This document shows, piece after piece, positions 29,410 through 39,795 of a stretch of 64,000 nt of DNA (positions are counted from its first letter, which is position 1; every line of letters starts with the position of its first letter). This DNA is from an uncultured Planctomycetota bacterium (GTDB lineage Bacteria; Planctomycetota; Planctomycetia; Gemmatales; Gemmataceae). A model generated the notes under the pieces. The model saw only the letters and a program-made list of their open reading frames with translations, was not told the DNA's origin and made no database searches. The DNA lies in NCBI GenBank assembly GCA_963784995.1, contig CAWATZ010000006.1:264853-328852 (forward strand), in the 5' to 3' direction. Position numbers and translations under genes: made by a program.

Positions 29410-31297
29410 ATGCGAGGTGAGCCGATGGTGACAGTGTTACTGGAACGTGAAGGGAAAAGCGGAGCCGGGCAGCAGCAGCCCCCAGGTCCGCTGGGCCAGT
29501 TGCTGCGGCGGTGGCGTCTGCGGACGCTGCTCCAGAGCGGCTTCCGCGCCTTGCTGCCGTTCCTGGACCACTTGACGGCGCTGCTGCTGGCTCTGGTGCA
29601 TCTGGGGATCTGCCTGTGGTATGCTCCGTACGGCTTCAACGACTTCGGTGCCGATGGGGGGCAGTTCAAGACCGCCCTGGACATCGCCGAGGGCGGTGTC
29701 ATCTTCCGCGACACCTGGAGCCAGTACGGTGTGTTCACTCATCACCTGCATGCCCTGGCCCTGCTGCTTCTGGGCAAGACCTTGCTCAGCATCAAATACT
29801 GCACCTGTCTGACCTATCTGCTCGTCAGTTATGCCCAGTACTTCGTGCTGCGCCGGTTTCTGCCCCGAGGGCTGGCGGTGCTGACGGCGCTGGCCTGGCT
29901 GGGAGTGGCGCCGCACTACGAACACGGCATCATCCCCTGGCCGCACGTGGATGCCATGCTCTTCCAGTTGCTGAGTCTGCTGTGCCTGTTCCGCTTTGTG
30001 GACCGCAACCAGGGCCGCTACCTGGTGCTGGCTGGCGTTCTGACCGGACTGAGCTGGGCTGCCAAGCAGTCGGTGGGTGCCTTTCACTTTGTGGCCCTGC
30101 TCGGTTTTGTGTCGCTGGCCTACCTGCTGCCCGCCCGACCGGGCGACCTGCTGGGCCTGGCGTACTGGCGTAAGCTGCCGGGGACGTTCTTGACCAGGGT
30201 GGTGCCTCTGGTGCTGGGTTTCGCGGTCGTGCTGGGACTGATTCTGCTGGGGCTCAAATGCGCGGGGGCCTTGAGGCACTGGCACAAGCAGACCATTTTC
30301 TTCCCAAGGGTCTATTACCTCGACTACTATCTGAGGAACATGCCTTCGAGTGGGCCGATCATCCAATGGCTTGGCGACCCGGAAGACCATGGCGTGGTGA
30401 AGCAGGTGCTGGTGCTGCTGCTGACGTGGTATCGGGAGTCGGTGAACGCGACGCTGCCGGCGGCCTGCGGCCGGCAGTGGATCGTGCTGTGGCTGGCGGC
30501 CATCGTGGTCGGCTGGCGTGGTCTGGGTCGGGCCGACAACGACAGCCGGCTGGGCGTGCTGATGGGACTGGTGGCGGCCACGTCCTGGCTGGGGACGGTC
30601 CCCTCGATGCTCCCCATGCACCAGTGGTGGACCCTCACTCCCGTCTTCGGCATGCTCAGTTACTTGCTCTGGACTTTCCTCAAGGACTCCGCCGGGGTCG
30701 TCCGCTGGGCTGGCACCGTCACGGTGCTGGCCTTTCTGTTCGCCTATCCGATTTGTTCCAACCTGAGTTCCACAGCGCATGCCGAGCGGACGCGGACCAT
30801 CACCCAGATCCCGGCCCTGAAAGGGATGAAGACGACTCCGGCGACGGCGGAGACCTTGGAGACGCTTTACCAGGCCATCACCCTCTATCGCCAGCGGTAT
30901 CCCTCCTGCAAGCTGACCACCGTGGACGATCAACCGCAAACACTCTTGTTCCTGACCTTTGTCGAGAACAACCGCAATTTCCACCCGATCTACTGGTCCT
31001 GCCCGATCCTGACCTGGGAGAAGGTGTACCCCGAGTACTATCTACCGAACCATCACGTATCTCTGCCAGCAGCAACCACTGGTCGTGGCCTACCGTCGGC
31101 CCCTGTGGGCGAGGCAAGTCCCCGAAATGGGCGACGTCGGCTACCGGTGCGTCTTCGAGGTCCAGGAGGAGCCGGGCGTCTCCGGGATGTGCCTGTACGC
31201 CCCGGCGTCCGCGACGGTCCCGGAGGAATGGGCGCGGGGGCCTCACGCTCCCTGTTTGAACGTGACTCGGTTGGAGCGAGATGCGGCGCCGAGGTGA
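29410..31297 (+). CDS. GT-C family (GT39 / ArnT-PMT-like) membrane glycosyltransferase; apparent frameshift near 31040 (C-terminus continues in the 31085..31297 frame)
   Basis: ...WYAPYGFNDFGADGGQFKTALDIAEGGVIFRDTWSQYGVFTHHLHALALLLLG... is typical of the ArnT/PMT N-terminal loop. Tail of the 29410..31404 ORF is R/G/P junk, whereas the +1 frame reads protein-like. Confidence 0.45.
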
Positions 31298-31370
31298 CTG
31301 GTGTCCGGCCCGGTCGTTCCGGACCTCGGGTTCCCTTCCCGAGAACCGAGCAAGCGCAAGAGGTGAGCCA

Positions 31371-33770
31371 ATGGTGGCATTGTTTCTGGGACATCAGGGG
31401 ATGACGCCGGCCGGCCAGCGGCTGGGGAGCTGGCGGCAGTCCCTGACCCGGTGGATCGGAACGAAGGAACCCCGGACCGTAACAACCACGCTGCTGCAAT
31501 GCGGCTTTGTCCTGCTCTACCTGGGGGTCCTCCTCTGGTTCGCCAGGGTCGATGTCTATCACATGCACTTCTTCGGCACCGGCTACCGCAACCTTGGCTA
31601 TGCCCTGGCGCGCGTCCTGTTCGTGGCCTACGTGGGTTGGTGTCAGTTCTACCTCGGCAAACAGCTGCTGTCCTTCTGGCAGCGCCGCCAGGCCGGCCTG
31701 AAACTGAGCGTCCTGGACGAATACCTGGTCTGTTTCTACGTGGGCGGGGCCATCCTCGCGGGGATCACCTTTGTTCTGGGCATGCTCCACCTGTACTACT
31801 ACCGGCCGCTTGCCGTTGCCAGTGTGATCCTGGTGGCCCTGTCCTCGGCGGAGTTCGTCCGCACCGGCGGCGTCTGGTGGCGGACGGCCCGCAAGGTCCT
31901 GCTGGACCGTCGCGACCTGGTGCGGCTGGGCTCTACCTGGCTGGCGCTGGGCTGTGTCCTGTTCCTGGTCGTGGTCCTGGCGGAATTCAAGGGCATGTAT
32001 CCGGGGGGCGGCGGCGATTACTACACGCACTACTTCCCTTATTTTCGGCACGTCTTGCAGTCGCGCGGCCTCTGGCCCAACGACGTCTGGTATCATTTTT
32101 TCGTCTCCAAGGGCGCCACGATCACCATCACCAGCATGCTGCTGACCGACCCCCTCGCTCCCGAGATGGTCACCTACCTCTACTTCCTGGTCGGGACGCT
32201 GTGCGTCTGGTCGCTGCTGCGCCGCTGTGCCAACAACCGCATCGTTCCCTGTCTGGGCATGGCCGTCTGTCTGGGTGCCTTTCTCTGGACGCCCAACAAG
32301 CAGCTCGGCGACTGGGGCATGTTCCAGAAGCATCACGAGTTCACGGCCAGTTTGCTGCTCTCGGTGGTGTGGATGACGGTCGTCATGCCCAACGCGGGCG
32401 GCGTGGCCCGGAAGGCGTGGATGAGCTTCCTGGCCCTGGCCGTGATGCATTGCATCCTGCTGTCGCCCACCGTGTTTCCCCTGGTGTTCGCCCTGCTCGG
32501 ACTGGTCCTGCTGGCGGCCTTGCTCAAGCGGGCCTGGGGAGTGTTCGCCAGCACGGCTGTGGCCATGACCTGTGCCGGTCTCGTGTTCGGCGGGCTGCTG
32601 ACGCTCAACTACCTCTGGACCGGCCTGGCCGAGGTCACGCCCATGCGTTTGTTCTGGAAGCACGCCAACCAGGAGCGCTTCAGCCGCTGGGTCAGCCCCT
32701 ATCTGATGGTCCTGCTGCTGGAGGGCTCGTCGCCGGACATGGGTGACGTTCGGCTGGTCGAGCACAAGGAGGGATCGCGTGCTGAATACCTCCGCACGCT
32801 GGTCCGGACGCAGACGGTGCGGTGCTTCTTTCCCGACATCGATGAGGACGTGCCGGCCAGCGTGCTGCTGGTGCTGCTGGGAGTCACGGTCCCGCTGGCC
32901 TTCGGGAAGAAAGTCCGTTTTGAGCTGTGGCGGCTTGCCGTTCCCGTGGCCGGGCTGTTCGTCCTGGCCCTGGTCCTCAGCCAGCTGGTGACCCAGCCGG
33001 TCTCCGTTTATCGGTACTTTTCCTTCATGGTTTTCCTGATCGTGCTGCTGGCCCTGGGATTGTGGGTGCTGCTCTTCCGGCTCCATCCCAACCGCAAGCT
33101 GGTTCGGCTCACTTCCTGCGTGGTGCCGGCCCTGCTGACCTGCCTGGTCACCTATCAGTCCGTCCTGGCCATCCCGGAACAGGAACGGGAGGACCTGTGG
33201 CGCTTCGCCACCGGCAAGGAAAGTTTGGGGGAAGCGTTCCTCAAGCGCGGCATCACCAGCTGGGTGCCGCTCACCATCCGCGACCTGACCGGGCCTGGGA
33301 AGCGCGTTTACTCGTTCAACATCAACAATTACTGCATGGCGCCGGACTGCGAACTGGAGTCGTTTGTCTCGTTCGCCCTGCATCAGGACTGGCATGAGGT
33401 CCTCTTTGAAGAGCCCGAGCAGGCCCGAGCCGCTCTGCAGAAGCAGGGTCTCAACTATTTCCTGATCGATCTGAACCGGGACATGGTCGATGTTTTGCAG
33501 TATTCGCCTTTGTTCCGGCCCGAGAACGTCGGCAAGTACCTGGAAGTCCGCTGGCACAGGGGCAGCACCTACCTGCTGACCTGGCCAGGCCCAGATACCG
33601 AGCCTCTTCCCGAGGAGTTCCTGACGATCTGGTCGCTCATGGAGTTCTGGAACCCCTGTGATCTTGGCCCCCTCTACGAGGTGGTTCGCACGATCTACAA
33701 GCAGAACAAGGGCAAACCGTTCCCGATTGTCCGTGATCCCTCCTTGCCTCACCCTCCGGGCTGGCAGTGA
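31371..33770 (+). CDS. Large polytopic membrane protein (paralog 2 of 2, intact, 800 aa)
   Basis: ATG 31371 after gcaagaggtgagcca. Uninterrupted frame. 60-70% identical to the 26892..29332 product. Confidence 0.75.
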   Translation: MVALFLGHQGMTPAGQRLGSWRQSLTRWIGTKEPRTVTTTLLQCGFVLLYLGVLLWFARVDVYHMHFFGTGYRNLGYALARVLFVAYVGWCQFYLGKQLLSFWQRRQAGLKLSVLDEYLVCFYVGGAILAGITFVLGMLHLYYYRPLAVASVILVALSSAEFVRTGGVWWRTARKVLLDRRDLVRLGSTWLALGCVLFLVVVLAEFKGMYPGGGGDYYTHYFPYFRHVLQSRGLWPNDVWYHFFVSKGATITITSMLLTDPLAPEMVTYLYFLVGTLCVWSLLRRCANNRIVPCLGMAVCLGAFLWTPNKQLGDWGMFQKHHEFTASLLLSVVWMTVVMPNAGGVARKAWMSFLALAVMHCILLSPTVFPLVFALLGLVLLAALLKRAWGVFASTAVAMTCAGLVFGGLLTLNYLWTGLAEVTPMRLFWKHANQERFSRWVSPYLMVLLLEGSSPDMGDVRLVEHKEGSRAEYLRTLVRTQTVRCFFPDIDEDVPASVLLVLLGVTVPLAFGKKVRFELWRLAVPVAGLFVLALVLSQLVTQPVSVYRYFSFMVFLIVLLALGLWVLLFRLHPNRKLVRLTSCVVPALLTCLVTYQSVLAIPEQEREDLWRFATGKESLGEAFLKRGITSWVPLTIRDLTGPGKRVYSFNINNYCMAPDCELESFVSFALHQDWHEVLFEEPEQARAALQKQGLNYFLIDLNRDMVDVLQYSPLFRPENVGKYLEVRWHRGSTYLLTWPGPDTEPLPEEFLTIWSLMEFWNPCDLGPLYEVVRTIYKQNKGKPFPIVRDPSLPHPPGWQ

Positions 33771-33849
33771 GCCGTTCGCGCCGTTACTTGCTGCTGGGCT
33801 TCCCTTTTGGCTTCGAGTCGCGCATGATGCTGTTAAGGGAGGTCGCATC

Positions 33850-36174
33850 ATGCCTGTGTCCGCCAGCCCAACGATCGATCAGCTGCGTCAGGTCGTTGCC
33901 CAGCACTGGGGCTACGGCGAGCTGCGCCCCTTGCAGCAAGAAGCAATGCAGGCCGTGCTGGATCGTCAGGACTCGCTGGTCGTGCTCCCGACCGGCGGCG
34001 GCAAGTCGCTCTGCTACCAGGCCCCGGCCGTGCTGCTGGGCGGCACCACCGTGGTCATCTCGCCGCTGATCGCCCTGATGAAGGACCAGGTGGACAGCCT
34101 GCTCGCTTGCGGCATCCCCGCCGTGGCCCTCAACAGCACCCTTTCCGCCGTCGAGCGCAGCGCCTATGAGGCTGACCTGCTCCAGGGAGCGGTCCGGTTG
34201 CTGTTTGTCTCGCCCGAACGGCTGATCCAGTCCGACCTGTACCGCATCCTGCAACAAATCCCGGTCCACGCCTTCGCCATCGACGAGGCCCACTGCATCA
34301 GCCACTGGGGCCACGATTTCCGCAAGGAATATCGGATGCTGGATCGGCTGCGCGACTACTTCCCCAACGTCTCGGTCCACGCCTACACGGCCACCGCCAC
34401 CGAGCAGGTCCGGCGCGACATCTGCACCAACCTCGGCCTGCGCGACCCGGTCGTTCTGGTCGGCGACTTCGATCGCGCCAACCTGACCTATCGCGTCCTG
34501 CCCCGCCACGATCGCCTGAAGCAGGTCCTGGAGGTGCTGGACCGCCACTCCGGCGAGGCCGGCATCATTTACTGTCTGCGGCAGAAGGACGTCGATGAGC
34601 TGGCCGAGGCCCTGAAAACGCGGGGCTTCCGCGCTCTGCCGTACCACGCGGGCAAGGAGAAGGACGAACGGCACCGGGTCCAGGAAGAGTTCATCGCCGA
34701 GCGCTGCGACATCGTGGTGGCCACGGTCGCCTTTGGCATGGGCATCGATCGCTCCAACGTGCGTTTTGTGCTGCACGTGGCCATGCCCAAGTCGCAGGAG
34801 CATTACCAGCAGGAGGCAGGCCGGGCCGGCCGGGACGGGCTGCCCGCCGAGTGCGTCCTGCTCTATTCCGGCGCCGACGTCTTCACCATGAAGTCGATCC
34901 TCGAGAAGTCCGCCGAGGAGAACCAGGTCGAACCGGACGCGCTGGCCGCCAGCTTGCGGCACCTCGATGAGATCGATCGCTATTGCCGCGGTGCCTGCTG
35001 CCGGCACAAGGCCCTGGTCGAGCACTTCGGCCAGCAGTACGCCAGGCCCTCCTGTGATGCCTGCGACATCTGCCTGGGCGACACCGTCGAGGTGGCCGGC
35101 AGCACCGTCATCGCCCAGAAGATCCTGTCGTGCGTGGCCCGGGTCAAGGAGTGCTTCGGCATCAACCACGTCGTCGGCATCCTCCGCGGCGAGACCTCCG
35201 AGGGCATCCTCAAACGCGGCCACGACAAGCTCACCACCTATCGTTTGCTCGAGCAGCACAGCAAGCCCGACCTGCGCGACTGGATTTACCAGCTGATCGG
35301 CCAGGGCGTGCTGATCCAGACGGCGGACGAGTATCCGAAACTGCGGCTCAACGAGGGCTCGTGGGAAGTGATGCGCGGCCAGAGACAGGTCCGGCTGATC
35401 CAGATGGTGCGCCGCAAGAAGGGCGAGAAGGTCCGGCGCTCCGTGGTCGAAGAGGTGTCGTGGGAGGGCGTGGACCGGCAGCTGTTCGAGGTGCTGAAGG
35501 GGGTGCGGCGCGTCCTGGCCGGCGAGCGGCAGGTGGCAGCCGCGTACCTGATCTTCAGCGACAACGTGCTGCGCGACCTGGCCCGGGTTCGGCCCTCGAC
35601 GCCGGCCCGGATGCGGCAAATCTCCGGCGTCGGCGACGTCAAGCTGCGCGAGTTCGGCCAGCGCTTCCTCGACGCCATCAAGGAGTATTGCCAGAAACAG
35701 GGCCTGACAATGGACGTGTCCGGGCCGGCGGCCCGGACGCTGTTCCCCGCACCCGCTCTGCCTCCACTGACACCGCCCGTTGCAAAGGCTCCCGTTGCGC
35801 CGGCACCACCTCCCGCCCCGGCGAAAGTCGCTCCTCCGTCACCGCTGGCACCGCCTCCCGCGCCGGCGAAACCGCCGACGCTGGCTCAGGAGTTCGAGCT
35901 GTTCCGGCAGGAGGTGTCGATTCCGGACGCGATGCGGCACCTGGGCAAGGTGCGCGGCCTGGTGGTCGAGTCGCTCTGCGAGTACATCCGGCGCGAAAAG
36001 CCGGCGTCCATCGCGGCCTGGATCCCGGACCTGACCTACCGGCGGATCGTCAACGCGGTCCGCACCGTGGGAGTGGAGAAGCCGACACCGATCTTGCTGG
36101 CGCTGGGCGGGTCGGTGAGCGCCGAGGAGGTCCGGCTGGTGCTGGCGCACCTGGGGGCGAAGAAAGGGCTGTGA
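33850..36174 (+). CDS. recQ: ATP-dependent DNA helicase RecQ (with proline-rich linker and extra C-terminal domain)
   Basis: DEAH box (FAIDEAHCISHWGHDFR), RecQ zinc-binding CxxC motifs, HRDC-like region. RBS AAGGGAGG before ATG 33850. Confidence 0.9.
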   Translation: MPVSASPTIDQLRQVVAQHWGYGELRPLQQEAMQAVLDRQDSLVVLPTGGGKSLCYQAPAVLLGGTTVVISPLIALMKDQVDSLLACGIPAVALNSTLSAVERSAYEADLLQGAVRLLFVSPERLIQSDLYRILQQIPVHAFAIDEAHCISHWGHDFRKEYRMLDRLRDYFPNVSVHAYTATATEQVRRDICTNLGLRDPVVLVGDFDRANLTYRVLPRHDRLKQVLEVLDRHSGEAGIIYCLRQKDVDELAEALKTRGFRALPYHAGKEKDERHRVQEEFIAERCDIVVATVAFGMGIDRSNVRFVLHVAMPKSQEHYQQEAGRAGRDGLPAECVLLYSGADVFTMKSILEKSAEENQVEPDALAASLRHLDEIDRYCRGACCRHKALVEHFGQQYARPSCDACDICLGDTVEVAGSTVIAQKILSCVARVKECFGINHVVGILRGETSEGILKRGHDKLTTYRLLEQHSKPDLRDWIYQLIGQGVLIQTADEYPKLRLNEGSWEVMRGQRQVRLIQMVRRKKGEKVRRSVVEEVSWEGVDRQLFEVLKGVRRVLAGERQVAAAYLIFSDNVLRDLARVRPSTPARMRQISGVGDVKLREFGQRFLDAIKEYCQKQGLTMDVSGPAARTLFPAPALPPLTPPVAKAPVAPAPPPAPAKVAPPSPLAPPPAPAKPPTLAQEFELFRQEVSIPDAMRHLGKVRGLVVESLCEYIRREKPASIAAWIPDLTYRRIVNAVRTVGVEKPTPILLALGGSVSAEEVRLVLAHLGAKKGL

Positions 36175-36238
36175 GAGTCCGTTCTTCAAGCCGCAAGCGG
36201 CTTCGGCGGTTGGAGGGAAAAGGTTGGTCCGCCCTCCT

Positions 36239-36370
36239 GTCCCGTGGGTGCGCTGCGCGACCCACGGCTGGGCTAGGCAACCCCTTCGGGGTTGGTGGAC
36301 AACGCTCGCCCTGTCTTCAACCGCGAAGCGGTTGCATAACTCAGCCGTGGGTCGCGCAGCGCACCCACGA
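36239..36370. repeat. Nested palindromic element downstream of recQ (30-bp arms GTCCCGTGGGTGCGCTGCGCGACCCACGGCTG / reverse complement, central CAACCCCTTCGGGGTTG hairpin)
   Basis: Arms at 36239-36270 and 36343-36370. Contains the GCGCTGCGCG core shared with the other long palindromes. Confidence 0.55.
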
Positions 36371-36420
36371 GGCGGGAGAGTGGACAAACGTTTTCCCTCA
36401 AACTGCCGCCTCAACAATGC

Positions 36421-37815
36421 TCATTCGGCGAACCCCGTCACGGAGCTGGCGCCCTTGATCTCGCTGCTGGTCGGCGGACTCTGTGTCGGAGCGTTCCCTT
36501 TGGCCAGAGGCTCCTTTTCCACGTCGGGGACAGTGGCCTTCTTCGGTGGGTAGAAGAACACCGCCAAGATCAGGGCCGCCAGCACGCCCATCCCCGCGGG
36601 GACCAGGAACACGGAGCGATAGTCCGTCACGCCAGCCGTGGTGAAGTGGTCCTTCAGGAACGGTGCCAGGAAGCCACCCGCGGCCACACCCAATCCCAAA
36701 ATCTGCAAGTTGAACAGGCCCTGGGCGCTGGAGCGTGCATCCTTGGGGAAGAACTCATCGACGAAGATGTAGACCGTGGCAAAGTAGAAGGCGTAGCAGA
36801 TCCCGTGCAGCACGTTGACGCTGATCACCAGCCAGGGCATCGGCGCCAGGGCAAAGATGGCGAAGCGCAGGACGTGGCCAAGCACACCGATGATCATGGT
36901 CGTCTTCCAGCCAAGCCGTTTCAGGACATTCCCCAGAAAGGCCAAGGTCACGATCTCGGCGAACTGGCCAATGCTCATGACTGGCATGGTCCAGTTGGCC
37001 GGGATACCCACTTTCGGACTTTGCAGGAACTCGTCGGTCAGCACAAAGTAGCACTGGTGAATGGTTGAGTCCAGGAAGGTCACAAGCCACAGGACCAGCA
37101 GGAAGGGGAGCGCGAGCAACTTCATGGCTTCCAGCCAGGCCAGCGATTCCCGGTGTTCCGTCGCGCTGGCCGGTTTCGGAGGCGTGTGTGGTAAGGTTAG
37201 GCTGAACAATGCCAGCACCAGAGAGGCGATGCCGGCTGTCGCGAAGGTATAAGCGGTTCCCTGGCGCAAGGCCTCGCCCTCCAGCGGGGAGCCCAAGGCT
37301 TTGCCAAGCCAGTCTCGGAACGGCACCGAGCCAAAGGCCGGCACCTTGGCCCAGTCGGTCAAGAGGAAGATGAACGGCCAGCTGGCCGCGATCCAACCAA
37401 TGGTGCCCCACAAACGCACCCGGCCGAAGTCTTTCTGAGCGTCCTTGAGATGCGTGAAGGCAATCGAGTTGGTGATCGAGATCGTGGGCACGTAGAACAG
37501 CGAGTGCAGCAGCAGCAGCAGGAAGAAGGGCCAGAAGGTATCGACCCAGACCAGTCCCAGCAGGGCCAGGCCGCCAACCAGGTGGCTGAAGGCCACGAAG
37601 CGCTCGGCCGAGAAGTTGCGGTCCGCGAACTGGACGCTGAAGAACATCGCGGTGAGTGACGCGATGGGGAAGGCGTTGAGGATCAGTGCCTTTTCCCAGG
37701 AGCCGAAATGGTGCATGCCCAGGTAGGCGAAGATCTTGATGAACCAGGCCCCCCAGATGAAGAATTCCAGGAACATCATCACGGAGAGGCGGGTGCGCAG
37801 CAGGGGGGTGGTCAT
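36421..37815 (-). CDS. MFS transporter, nucleoside:H+ symporter (NHS / NupG-XapB-like) family
   Basis: 12 TM. ...TLPHTPP... motif and overall similarity to the NHS family. Confidence 0.7.
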   Translation of the reverse strand: MTTPLLRTRLSVMMFLEFFIWGAWFIKIFAYLGMHHFGSWEKALILNAFPIASLTAMFFSVQFADRNFSAERFVAFSHLVGGLALLGLVWVDTFWPFFLLLLLHSLFYVPTISITNSIAFTHLKDAQKDFGRVRLWGTIGWIAASWPFIFLLTDWAKVPAFGSVPFRDWLGKALGSPLEGEALRQGTAYTFATAGIASLVLALFSLTLPHTPPKPASATEHRESLAWLEAMKLLALPFLLVLWLVTFLDSTIHQCYFVLTDEFLQSPKVGIPANWTMPVMSIGQFAEIVTLAFLGNVLKRLGWKTTMIIGVLGHVLRFAIFALAPMPWLVISVNVLHGICYAFYFATVYIFVDEFFPKDARSSAQGLFNLQILGLGVAAGGFLAPFLKDHFTTAGVTDYRSVFLVPAGMGVLAALILAVFFYPPKKATVPDVEKEPLAKGNAPTQSPPTSSEIKGASSVTGFAE

Positions 37816-38004
37816 GAGTCAGGTCCACGTTCAGGAAAGCTCGGATTACCTGACTCCCTTTGTACCATGCCGCCGATTCGTGTCAATCGTCTGGCCGCAA
37901 CCCCGTCAGAATCGCTTCTCCCGGCACAATCGGCAAAGTTTCTCCGCTCTGCCAGCCGATGATTGATCCTGTCGAGAAGTTTCCTGAACGGGGAGGAAGG
38001 CACC

Positions 38005-39645
38005 ATGCCTGGCGGCGGCTGGCACACCGAAAGCGGCTGGACAGCCACGAAGTGGCTCCGGACTCGCTGGCTCCGCTGGGGCCTGTGGGCGGTGGGCGGC
38101 CCCTTGCTCAGCCTGGGCTGCCAGACCACGCCGACCGCCCAGATCGCCCCGGCCACGCCGCCTGTCACGGTCCCGGTCCTGGGCCGGTCGCTCCAGCCGG
38201 CTTCCCAGCCCGCCGCGGCCGTGCCGCCTGCCACGGTCCCGGTCCTGAACCAATCGCTGGGGTCGCGGCCTCAGACTACCCCGTCACCGGAAGTGCAGCA
38301 GACCGCCTATCATCCGGATGGACCGGTCCAATTGCCTCCGCCTGCTACGGCGCCAGCGCCCCTGGTGGAACCGGGGAAGCCTTTGCCGATTGACCTCGAC
38401 ACGGTGATGCACCTGGCGGAGGACCAGAACCCGAAGATCGGCCTGGCCCGCGCCAAGCTCCACGAGAGCCAGATGCAGGGGGCGGCCGGAATGGCCGGGT
38501 GGATGCCGCGCATGACCGCCGGCATGGCCTACTATCGCCACGAGGGCGGCATCCAGAACCCCAATGGCACTTTTGTCAATTCCAGCACCGGGGCCTTCTA
38601 TCCCGGCATGGACCTGCGCTCCGAGCTGGACGTCAAGGACAAGATCTATCAGCGCATCAACGCCGAGCGCAACCAGTGGCAGCAGAAGGGCGAGCTGAGC
38701 AAGATCACCAGCGACATCCTGCTGAAGGCGGCCACGACTTACATCGACCTGCTGACGGCCCGGCGTGCCGAGGCCATCTCCCGCGAGATGGAGAAGCTGT
38801 CCGAGCCAATGCTCAAGCGGGCCGAGGACCTCATGAAAACCGACTCCAGCACGCGGGTGCTGTACGAGAGCATCCGCACGGGAGTCACCCTGCGCAAGCA
38901 AGCGATCGTCAAGCTGAAGCAGCAAGGCGACGCGGCCGCGATCCAGCTGGCGAACCTCCTGAACCTGCCTTGCGACGTGCCGCTGGTGCCGGTCGATCTG
39001 GAGCCGGCGCCGATCAGCCTGGTGGACGTGGCGGTGCCGACGTGCCAGCTGGTGTCCCAGGCGCTGGCCACCGGCCCGGGAGTCCAGGAACTGCAAGGGA
39101 TGCTGGCCACCATCCAGGCGGGCCAGGCCAAGCTGGAGAGCCCGATCAGCCTGCTGCCGATCCTCCAGATGAACATGTTCGAGGGGGCGTTCGGCGCCGG
39201 CCCCGGCGACCAGATGACCTGGGCCAATCGCTTTGACCTCGGCATCCAGGCCCGCTGGGACATCACCGCCCTGCTGGGTGCCAGCCAGCAGCGGGCCCTG
39301 GCCAAGAACCGGCAAACTCAGCTGCAGCTGAACCAGCAGGAGCTGGCCAACGACCTGACCGCCGGCGTGCAGGAAGCCGTCACCACCATTGCCGGCAGCC
39401 GGGAACAGATGACCCTGGGACAGGGCGCGATTGAGCAGGCCAGCAAGACGTACCGGCTCCAGGACCTGCGCGTCAAGGAGAACGTGGAAGGGGCGAAACC
39501 GACCGACGTGATCGGGGCCATCCGCTCCCTGGAGCAGGCCCACCAGGAGTTCCTGTCGGCCCTCAGCTCCCACAACAAGGCGCAGATCCGACTGCTGCTG
39601 CTGCTGGGACCGCAGGGCAAGGGACCGCCGCCACCGGCGCACTGA
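38005..39645 (+). CDS. TolC-like outer-membrane efflux protein (OEP family)
   Basis: RBS GGGAGGAAGG before ATG 38005. Signal peptide, then two OEP repeats. Confidence 0.75.
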   Translation: MPGGGWHTESGWTATKWLRTRWLRWGLWAVGGPLLSLGCQTTPTAQIAPATPPVTVPVLGRSLQPASQPAAAVPPATVPVLNQSLGSRPQTTPSPEVQQTAYHPDGPVQLPPPATAPAPLVEPGKPLPIDLDTVMHLAEDQNPKIGLARAKLHESQMQGAAGMAGWMPRMTAGMAYYRHEGGIQNPNGTFVNSSTGAFYPGMDLRSELDVKDKIYQRINAERNQWQQKGELSKITSDILLKAATTYIDLLTARRAEAISREMEKLSEPMLKRAEDLMKTDSSTRVLYESIRTGVTLRKQAIVKLKQQGDAAAIQLANLLNLPCDVPLVPVDLEPAPISLVDVAVPTCQLVSQALATGPGVQELQGMLATIQAGQAKLESPISLLPILQMNMFEGAFGAGPGDQMTWANRFDLGIQARWDITALLGASQQRALAKNRQTQLQLNQQELANDLTAGVQEAVTTIAGSREQMTLGQGAIEQASKTYRLQDLRVKENVEGAKPTDVIGAIRSLEQAHQEFLSALSSHNKAQIRLLLLLGPQGKGPPPPAH

Positions 39646-39795
39646 GCAGGGCAATCCCGAAATCTCACCAGAAACTGCTTGCATCCGCGCCGCGCATTTG
39701 CAAAGATAGTCCTTGACCCGAAATCCTGCCCGCCCACCCACCCAGGAGCCGCCAGGCTCCTGACTCGCTCTCTTCAGCCGACGAGGTTTTGCTTC

